A DNA stretch of 32,000 nucleotides, taken from assembly GCF_008000775.2 (NCBI RefSeq), contig NZ_CP042905.2, positions 3,090,001 to 3,122,000 on the forward strand, given 5' to 3'. Each line of letters begins with the position of its first letter. Positions within the stretch are counted from its first letter, which is position 1. Below the pieces are notes generated by a model that saw only the letters and a program-made list of their open reading frames with translations, was not told the DNA's origin and searched no databases. Of this stretch, positions 7,863 through 15,206 are shown piece after piece. The position numbers and the translations under genes are program-made. This stretch comes from Promethearchaeum syntrophicum (GTDB taxonomy: Archaea; Asgardarchaeota; Lokiarchaeia; Sigyniarchaeales; Promethearchaeaceae).

Positions 7863-8004
7863 TCATTACCTCACTATATCTTGCGATATATTTATTCAAC
7901 GAATTTTACTTCGTTGTACTTAAGTATATTTCAACGCTTCATTGTTTTAATTTTTTTTGCTTTTAAGAACAAAATCTTTTAACTTTAATTGAATACTTAG
8001 AAAA

Positions 8005-8343
8005 ATGAATATAATCATGTCATCATTTAAAGATTTTAAAAATTTAGATATTCGATTAGCTAAAGTACTAGAATGCAAATCAAACCCTGATTCAAAATCA
8101 CTTATTGAACTGAAAACCGATATTGGAGATAATCAAACACGAACAATAGTTGCTGCAATAAAAGAATGGTATTCTGCTGAAGATCTCATAGGTGAATATG
8201 TTTTAGTTGCTTTTAATTTACCGTTGAATAGTATAAAATCGGAGGGAACTCTATTAGCTATAGATGCGGAACATTCAGCTGTATTACTTAAACCTGATAA
8301 AAAATATTATGATAAAATTAAACCTGGAATGAAATTGGCTTAG
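8005..8343 (+). CDS. tRNA-binding domain protein (Trbp111/CsaA/EMAPII-like OB fold)
   Basis: 112 aa. The FKNLDIRLAKVLE...ELKTDIGDNQTRTIVAAI...LIGEYVLVAFNL pattern is that of stand-alone tRNA-binding domains. Confidence 0.6.
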   Translation: MNIIMSSFKDFKNLDIRLAKVLECKSNPDSKSLIELKTDIGDNQTRTIVAAIKEWYSAEDLIGEYVLVAFNLPLNSIKSEGTLLAIDAEHSAVLLKPDKKYYDKIKPGMKLA

Positions 8344-8360
8344 ATTAGTCTTAAAAAAAA

Positions 8361-8558
8361 TTATAATTTGGAATAATAATCATCCATTATTTGTTCCAAT
8401 TCAACAATTGAATGATCATTGTATCGTTCCTTCATTAAATCCAGAATTCGGGCTTTATTGCGTGGAATCCATTCTAAAAACTCATTTTCGTTGTGATAAA
8501 CGTTCAGTCGAAAATAGGAAATGACTTCCTTTCGAAAATCTGCATTATTTTCAGACAT
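8361..8558 (-). CDS. hypothetical small protein
   Basis: 65-codon ORF with an ATG start and no recognisable motif. Confidence 0.35.
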   Translation of the reverse strand: MSENNADFRKEVISYFRLNVYHNENEFLEWIPRNKARILDLMKERYNDHSIVELEQIMDDYYSKL

Positions 8559-8667
8559 AAAAACTAGTATACATATTTTAATATAAAAATTTTATTATGG
8601 ATCTTAGATGAATTGATATTTTTTTCTGATCTTAATACTTCTATTACACAATTTAGAGAAGTTTGTT

Positions 8668-9678
8668 CTATTCATTAATTTTTGGAGTTATATTACGTTT
8701 TTTACAATGTTTCAGATATTTTTTTCCATGCTTTAGCATAAACCAATCAATTGTTTCATCGCGTTCAGGTTTTATAAATTCATATGCATTTGGTAAACAT
8801 TCATAAGTTATTGGAAGTTTTCCAATCACCTCTCCATCCACTTGACCAATATACGGATCATCTTCTTTTTTAACCATTTCTACTCGAACTTTTTTACTTT
8901 GGTAAGTTTTAATTTTAGGATGGGGAAGAACAGTCTTAGAATACATTTTTTTTAAATCGAATAATACCCTTAGGGGAGTAACTTCCGGGATTGAAATATT
9001 GAAAAAACCATCATCAATTCGGGCACCGCCACACAAATACATCCATTCCCCATATGATTCCCCATTTCCCACAGCCACATTGTTTGGGTTCCCTTCATAA
9101 ACATCATTTTCCATGATAACCCTCACTGCACGCTTTTTAAATTGAAAAATAGTTTTGAGTAATGCAATAACATAATTTTTAGTTCCCTTGTATTTTTTCT
9201 CATGTGCATTAACTATTCCAGCTACAGCACCATCAAATCCTTGAGAACCAATCCCTAAGAAATATCTTGTTTCGTTTTTAGCATTTATTGTTAAACCAAC
9301 ATCATTTTTTCCAGTTTTCCCTTCCGCAATTATCTCACAAGCTCGTTTAACATCCGGAATAATCCCGATTGCCCCAGGAATATCATTTCCGGAACCAATA
9401 GGCATAAAACCCACTAATTCATTGGTATTTGATTTCATTACACCATTTAATATTTCATTGCATGTACCATCCCCACCAGCTGCAATCACGCGATACCCAT
9501 CTTTAGCTAATTGCTCAGAAAGCGAAATTGCGTGTTGAAAATATTCCGTTTGAAATAATTTGTAAGATACTTGTAGTTTATCCAGTGTTTTACATGCATA
9601 ATCAAAATCATTTTTGGTTTTCCCCGCAGCAGATGTAGGATTATAAATTATTGCATAATCTTTCATTAATAATTCCAT
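8668..9678 (-). CDS. diacylglycerol-kinase-fold lipid kinase (YegS/BmrU/DagK family)
   Basis: IIYNPTSAAGK, the AAGGDGTCNEILNG nucleotide-binding motif, and PIGSGNDIPG are typical of the DAGK catalytic domain. Confidence 0.8.
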   Translation of the reverse strand: MELLMKDYAIIYNPTSAAGKTKNDFDYACKTLDKLQVSYKLFQTEYFQHAISLSEQLAKDGYRVIAAGGDGTCNEILNGVMKSNTNELVGFMPIGSGNDIPGAIGIIPDVKRACEIIAEGKTGKNDVGLTINAKNETRYFLGIGSQGFDGAVAGIVNAHEKKYKGTKNYVIALLKTIFQFKKRAVRVIMENDVYEGNPNNVAVGNGESYGEWMYLCGGARIDDGFFNISIPEVTPLRVLFDLKKMYSKTVLPHPKIKTYQSKKVRVEMVKKEDDPYIGQVDGEVIGKLPITYECLPNAYEFIKPERDETIDWFMLKHGKKYLKHCKKRNITPKINE

Positions 9679-10006
9679 TTCACCGTAAAAATAAATAAAA
9701 TTTATGGAAAATTAAAATAAATTTAAAATATATATTTTCGGTGACTTAATCCCTTAAAAAGTCCTCAATTATTCATTTATCTCTAATTATTTCACGACAT
9801 CAATTTGAAATAATATTGTGGTAAACTTATATGAATTTTCTAGGAAATTTCGGTTAAAAATTTTAAATGCAAATTCAATTAAGTCAAATTCATTTAAAAT
9901 GCAGGAGAAGAAATATCATTTTGTGTATGACAACCTAATTATTTTAATGAAAATAATGGAAAAATAAAATAAAAAAAAATGGAAAAAAGATAAACCCCAA
10001 TTATAT

Positions 10007-11716
10007 TTATTTCTTTTTCCGTCTAAAAATCAAAGAACCTAATACAGATATTACAACTCCTATTCCCGCTCCTATTAGATACGGAGAATAATTGAAATTC
10101 AAAATTACACTATTTTTAAAATTGACAAAAACAGAAGTTTGCTCCTTATTACCTGCCTCATCGTATGCAATAGCAGTAATATTATGGACTTCATTAGTAT
10201 ATTTACTTGTATCAAGACCAAATGCTGCTTCAGGATAAGGTAAATATGAAGGCATTGTAGTTTCATTCAGAAGTTTTCCATCAATCAATAGTTGAATCTT
10301 ATCTAATGCTTGATCATCATTACCTCTGGCAGTTACATCGATGGTTCCGTTATAAATAGCATCGTTAACAGGATTTATAATAGTTATAGTAGGAGGAATC
10401 AAGTCATCTGGAGCTTCTCCATCTTCATTAATGGTTAAACTTGAAGAAACTATTGGTGTGACAACATGATCTTCAGTCTTTGCTTCAAAGAGTAATCGAT
10501 AATCTCCTTCGGCTGTTCCAAAAAGTTTCATTAAAGCATCAGGACGAATTGTAGCTATGTAATCACCATGTTCTCCATCATCTGATACAGTATCTCTTGC
10601 TAAAAGGACATTATACGAGGCAGGTAGTGTTGGAAAGTAATATATTTCTGGATCAAAAGGATCATATGGATCCACAACCGGAACAGGTGGTTGCCATCCG
10701 GGAGGAATGACTTGTACTCTAACATGTTCTATTCTTGAGTTATTATTACCAACCCTAATTGATATATTTACTGTACTTGTATCAGGATCAATGTATTGTG
10801 GTAATGGTATCATATCCATATAAATCCAAGGTGCAACTAACATAGGGGGATTAATATGTAAGTTTAAGGCATCATTCCCATCTCCTCCATTTGGTAGATG
10901 CCCCCAATAATCAACTTCGTGTCCAATTTCATCGTGGTTATCATCAATCCATGGTTTTTGAGAATCAATATAACCAGCTGCAACTACATTAGCTTTTGCA
11001 TTTTCAAATGCTTCCCCAAGTGAATAACCAACTGATATCGAAGACCAAAAAGCTTCAGTAAATACCGCCGATGTACCCATAGAATTTGCGTATGAGCTAT
11101 GAACACTATCCGTAGCACAAATAACAATTCTATTATCCTTACTCACCGGGTCAATAAAACTTCCCGAGTGACATGCTTCATATACAATCACAGATCGAGT
11201 CATTCCTGTGTCAGCTTCGAGAGTATTTAAATACGAATTCAATTCAGTATCGTATAAATTAGGTCCAGGAAGCCCCATAACATTTGTTCCTCCATGATCA
11301 AAAAGAAAAATTCCCAAACCAAGTACTGAATTCACTTTGTCTGCTGCCCAAGTTTCTATTGCATATTGAATATTGCCCTTTTCAGAGGTATCTGATGCTT
11401 TTGCTGGGAGAGAACCATCCCAATCTTCTGCTAAGTAATATATCTTGCTCTCTGCATAACCTAAACCTACCAAGATATCATATACTTCATCACATCCATT
11501 TTCAATAGCGTAGTATAATGCATGATCAGATTCTCTATCTCCAGCAACTATTATCCATGCATTTATATTTGCATTAACAGCTGCTTTTGGTAGGGAATCT
11601 CCTTTTGTATCTATAGTCATATGATTCATAGAATTAACGGTAATAACACATGTAGAATTAATTACTAATACCGAAAATAGGATAAATATGACTATTCTAT
11701 TCTTATTTTTACTCAT
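10007..11716 (-). CDS. surface-anchored peptidase C13 family (legumain/GPI8-like) protein with an Ig-like domain and a C-terminal TM anchor
   Basis: The N-terminus is a signal-like hydrophobic segment. The His motif is FLFDHGG (H141) and the Cys motif is VIVYEACHSGSF (C182). An Ig-like segment (ITIINPV...IDVTARGNDD...IQLLIDGK) follows, and the C-terminus is a TM plus RRKKK. Confidence 0.7.
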   Translation of the reverse strand: MSKNKNRIVIFILFSVLVINSTCVITVNSMNHMTIDTKGDSLPKAAVNANINAWIIVAGDRESDHALYYAIENGCDEVYDILVGLGYAESKIYYLAEDWDGSLPAKASDTSEKGNIQYAIETWAADKVNSVLGLGIFLFDHGGTNVMGLPGPNLYDTELNSYLNTLEADTGMTRSVIVYEACHSGSFIDPVSKDNRIVICATDSVHSSYANSMGTSAVFTEAFWSSISVGYSLGEAFENAKANVVAAGYIDSQKPWIDDNHDEIGHEVDYWGHLPNGGDGNDALNLHINPPMLVAPWIYMDMIPLPQYIDPDTSTVNISIRVGNNNSRIEHVRVQVIPPGWQPPVPVVDPYDPFDPEIYYFPTLPASYNVLLARDTVSDDGEHGDYIATIRPDALMKLFGTAEGDYRLLFEAKTEDHVVTPIVSSSLTINEDGEAPDDLIPPTITIINPVNDAIYNGTIDVTARGNDDQALDKIQLLIDGKLLNETTMPSYLPYPEAAFGLDTSKYTNEVHNITAIAYDEAGNKEQTSVFVNFKNSVILNFNYSPYLIGAGIGVVISVLGSLIFRRKKK

Positions 11717-11850
11717 TTCATATTTACACCATACCTTATTTCTTTTAGTGACTTATAAATGGATCTTTCAGCGAGAATTATGAATAAATATTCAAAATTT
11801 TAACAACCTTCTTTTTTGGTTTTCTTTTATATTCTTTTTTTTGGATGATA

Positions 11851-11861
11851 ATTTATAAATT
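11851..11861 (+). promoter_or_regulatory. TATA-box-like element (ATTTATAAATT) upstream of the 11899 ORF
   Basis: An AT-rich TATA-like motif lies about 40 nt upstream of the ATG at 11899, inside the divergent spacer shared with the C13 peptidase gene. Confidence 0.3.
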
Positions 11862-11898
11862 AAATAAAATTTTTACTTTAGCCAAAATTTATAAGAAT

Positions 11899-12015
11899 AT
11901 GCCCAAATGGTATTTTACAAAGGATTTTATGGAATATATGATGGACCCATTATCAAATGAAGGTGAAGATAAGATCCCTACAGTGATTGTTGTAGAACCG
12001 TGCACTTTAGGGTGA
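11899..12015 (+). CDS. short ORF (38 codons) ending in a TGA that is in frame with the next ORF
   Basis: ATG 11899 translates to MPKWYFTKDFMEYMMDPLSNEGEDKIPTVIVVEPCTLG followed by TGA (12013-12015). It is in the same frame as the 12019 ORF. Confidence 0.3.
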   Translation: MPKWYFTKDFMEYMMDPLSNEGEDKIPTVIVVEPCTLG

Positions 12016-12018
12016 TCA

Positions 12019-12294
12019 ATGGGAGGAATCTTTCCATTTGAGGTGGGAAAAGTGATGAACTTACAAGCGACTACCGATAATTCATTGGAACGCGTATATT
12101 CTCCTGATATCCCTCCCCAAATTGAATTATACATTGCAAAATCACTGAAGAATGATTTAATCGATCCAATGATTATTGATTATGCAAAATGGAATGACAT
12201 ATATTTAACATTTGTTCCAGTACTTCCAAGACCATTAAAAGAATATGATTTTTTTGAATCTTCCCAGATTGAAGCAAATGATGCTTTGAAGTAA
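12019..12294 (+). CDS. hypothetical protein (possibly the continuation of the 11899 ORF)
   Basis: 91-codon ORF with GGTGA 3 nt upstream of its ATG and no recognised domain. It lies upstream of the ABC transporter genes on the same strand. Confidence 0.4.
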   Translation: MGGIFPFEVGKVMNLQATTDNSLERVYSPDIPPQIELYIAKSLKNDLIDPMIIDYAKWNDIYLTFVPVLPRPLKEYDFFESSQIEANDALK

Positions 12295-12456
12295 ACATTG
12301 TTCAAAGAAGATGCCCTCGCCACAGGAATCTAAACTATACCTTCAAATTTCTTAGTATCTCTTAAGTATAAAAATAACATCTTTTTTCTTTAAGTTCTCT
12401 AAATGTATCAAATTATTTTTTTTTTGATAATTCTTATCTAATTTTTAAGGACTAAA

Positions 12457-13260
12457 ATGAAGAAAACGCGCCAAGAAGATTACGAAGAAATAATAATATC
12501 TCATCGAAAAATTGAAGAAATTAATTTACAACCTTTTATAGCAGCAAAAGAGCTTGTAAAAGATTTTGAAATTGGGGATTATATTGTTAGAGCAGTAGAT
12601 CACCTTTCAATTGAAATTTCGGAGCATGAATATGTTGCTATCATTGGGAGTTCGGGAGCGGGAAAAACAACACTCGTACATATTCTTGGTGGGCTTGAAA
12701 CAGCCACAAAAGGAGATACTTTTATTTCGCATATCAACGTTTCACATATGGAACAAGAGATGTTGGCTACTTTTAGAATATTTAATGTAGGAATTGTATT
12801 TCAAAATTATAATCTGATATCATCTTTAACAGCGCTTGAAAATATAATGTTTCCTATGCAGCTTTGTGGAGTTAAACATGAAGAATGTGAATCAAGGGCC
12901 AAAGAATTATTAAAAATAATTGGTTTAGCTGAGCGATCAGAACATTTACCTTTTCAATTAAGTGCAGGAGAACAACAGCGTGTGGCAGTAGCGAGAGCAT
13001 TGGCTAATGATCCCCCTATAATCATAGCGGATGAACCAACAGCCAATTTGGATAAGAAGAATGCTGAATATATTGGAGAATTATTTGAAAACTTTCGAAC
13101 AGAGGGTAAAACAATTATTGTAGCAACCCATGATGAGAAACTTATTAAGCATGCTCACCGGATTTTGATTATGGAAGAAGGGAAAATAATTGAGGACAAG
13201 CGGATAAATGAAATTTCATTTAAAAAAGAAAACATAGAAATTGAAATGGAACAGGAATAA
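12457..13260 (+). CDS. ABC transporter ATP-binding protein (MacB/LolD/FtsE-like)
   Basis: Walker A GSSGAGKTT, Q-loop, signature LSAGEQQRVAVARAL, Walker B IIIADEPTANLD, and an H-loop ATHD. Confidence 0.9.
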   Translation: MKKTRQEDYEEIIISHRKIEEINLQPFIAAKELVKDFEIGDYIVRAVDHLSIEISEHEYVAIIGSSGAGKTTLVHILGGLETATKGDTFISHINVSHMEQEMLATFRIFNVGIVFQNYNLISSLTALENIMFPMQLCGVKHEECESRAKELLKIIGLAERSEHLPFQLSAGEQQRVAVARALANDPPIIIADEPTANLDKKNAEYIGELFENFRTEGKTIIVATHDEKLIKHAHRILIMEEGKIIEDKRINEISFKKENIEIEMEQE

Positions 13261-13263
13261 AAA

Positions 13264-15195
13264 ATGTCGTTGAACTTTGCTATTAAAGATTTATACTATT
13301 TTAAAAAACAAACAATAGCTCATTTGAAAACGAATTCTTCTATAATTGCTTTAGTGGTACTCTTTTTAAATTTAACAAATAGTATGAATCTTTTAACCAT
13401 TAGCTCTCCAATATCCTACTTAACACTTACTCTTTTTGAACTAATCACGCAATATCATGCATTTTTAGTAATCCTTATTGCAATTTTAGTCTTTGTTGTT
13501 ATGATAAATAGTAATCATGCCATCGTTGAGCATAGAAAAAAGGATATCGGTATAATGAAAGCAGTTGGAACTTATCCAAACCAATTGTATAGTTTCTATC
13601 TAACAGAAGTGCTTCTTTTAGCATTTTTTTCGTTTATTATTGGTTGGATCATAGGTATGTTCTTGTTTTTTATCATTTTCTGGATTCTTAACGGGAGATA
13701 TGTCGGACTCAATTGGGCCCCAGATACATTGATTTCAATTGGAATATTTGGGGGATTATTATTAGTAACGTTCATTGTAAATGGATGGGAGATACGAAAA
13801 ATTGGGCTGAAATCGTTTTTCTTTGCTAAAACCGGGAAATTTAAAAATAATATTCATGCAAAGCTAACACCAACATGGAAGAAAATCATGATAAAATCCT
13901 CAATTAGCATGAAATTAGCGATCAAAAATCTCATGAGAAAGCAAAAGGATTTAAGACAGAGTCTAGCATTGATTACAATCGCGGGGATGATAATGTTAAC
14001 CGGATTAATAGGAGTTAATATTGTAAATAATTCGGGTGGTGCATATATTCATCAAGCTCAAGGAGAAAATATTGCAGTTATTGGAGCTCCTGAAGTGGTT
14101 GAAGCTTTTGCAAATGGATACTCTCGGTTTTCAAATGAGAGTATCCCTGCACTAAAAGAAGGAACCTATACAGATATTTCAAATAATATTAGCACAATTG
14201 AAGAACAGTTAACAGTTTATTTTAATGATTATTCCATTGATTTGAATTATTGGGAAAAGAGATTATTTACTGTTACAACTGTAACAGAATCATTAGGAGC
14301 AGTAATACAGTATATTTATGATCCAGATAACGGAACTACTTCGGCAGAATATGTTTCAGTAGGTAACGGAACCAGAACAAGAGTAGTTCCAATTCAAGGT
14401 ATTAATGTTAATTCGAGCATTCAACACTGGAATTATGGGGGAAATTTTACAACCCTAACAACCGAAGCAGCAATTGGTGATACGTTAGCTGGCGAGCTTT
14501 ACGAGAATGCATATGCTCAGTGGATTATCTATTCAAACGTTGAGACAAATCGTACCTATCGACACGAAGTTGAGGCAGTCGTAATAGATTCGATGAATAT
14601 CGGAAATTCTGTTTATATCCCATTAGAAAATCTCCAAGGAAATTTAGGAAGAACTAATTTCAGCAATCTAATCTTAGTAGATTATTCTAAAGCACTTGAA
14701 AATGGGCAATATAATGAATTCTTTGATGACATTTCAGATATCTTGGGAGGTCAATTCGAAATTATGGATTTAGATCCAATTTTTATACATAATGAAAATT
14801 TTCTAAGATCAAATCAGATCACCACATTAGTTTTAAGTTCAATAATTGCGATGGTAATTATTTATATTATATATCAGTTTCAACAAGGAAGATTAGAAGA
14901 GGATAAAAATGATATCATTATCTTCAAAGCTTTAGGCGGCACTACAACAGATATCAGAAATATGTTATTTTATGAGCAAGCGTGGTTGTTATTTGTGGGC
15001 TTAACTTTATCCTTAACAGGTACTTTATTTATCAGCATATTTTTCTTATTGGAAAAAGCAGAATTTCCATCAATATGGGTACCTCTTGGTCTATACGCAT
15101 TGATATTTAGCTTCTTTTCCTTCCTAGCTTATATTGGAACAAGATTATTGGTAAAAAAGCAGTTTCAGAAAATTGAACATACACCCATCACTTAA
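13264..15195 (+). CDS. ABC transporter permease with two FtsX/MacB-type 4-TM units and one large extracytoplasmic domain
   Basis: There are two FtsX-like signatures (KKDIGIMKAVGTYPNQL and KNDIIIFKALGGTTTDI). A hydrophilic stretch of about 260 aa sits between TM5 and TM6. The start is 4 nt after the ATPase stop. Confidence 0.85.
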   Translation: MSLNFAIKDLYYFKKQTIAHLKTNSSIIALVVLFLNLTNSMNLLTISSPISYLTLTLFELITQYHAFLVILIAILVFVVMINSNHAIVEHRKKDIGIMKAVGTYPNQLYSFYLTEVLLLAFFSFIIGWIIGMFLFFIIFWILNGRYVGLNWAPDTLISIGIFGGLLLVTFIVNGWEIRKIGLKSFFFAKTGKFKNNIHAKLTPTWKKIMIKSSISMKLAIKNLMRKQKDLRQSLALITIAGMIMLTGLIGVNIVNNSGGAYIHQAQGENIAVIGAPEVVEAFANGYSRFSNESIPALKEGTYTDISNNISTIEEQLTVYFNDYSIDLNYWEKRLFTVTTVTESLGAVIQYIYDPDNGTTSAEYVSVGNGTRTRVVPIQGINVNSSIQHWNYGGNFTTLTTEAAIGDTLAGELYENAYAQWIIYSNVETNRTYRHEVEAVVIDSMNIGNSVYIPLENLQGNLGRTNFSNLILVDYSKALENGQYNEFFDDISDILGGQFEIMDLDPIFIHNENFLRSNQITTLVLSSIIAMVIIYIIYQFQQGRLEEDKNDIIIFKALGGTTTDIRNMLFYEQAWLLFVGLTLSLTGTLFISIFFLLEKAEFPSIWVPLGLYALIFSFFSFLAYIGTRLLVKKQFQKIEHTPIT

Positions 15196-15206
15196 AACAT
15201 TTTTTT

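Noticed and set aside
11284-11508. 74-codon plus-strand ORF
   Set aside because: It is antisense to the C13 peptidase catalytic domain.
11889-12134. 81-codon minus-strand ORF overlapping the TGA-split plus-strand ORF
   Set aside because: It has no upstream promoter or Shine-Dalgarno signal that I can see, and its product is Ser/Gly/Ile low-complexity. The plus-strand reading has a TATA-like box and sits in line with the ABC operon. I kept it as a caveat because neither strand has homology support.
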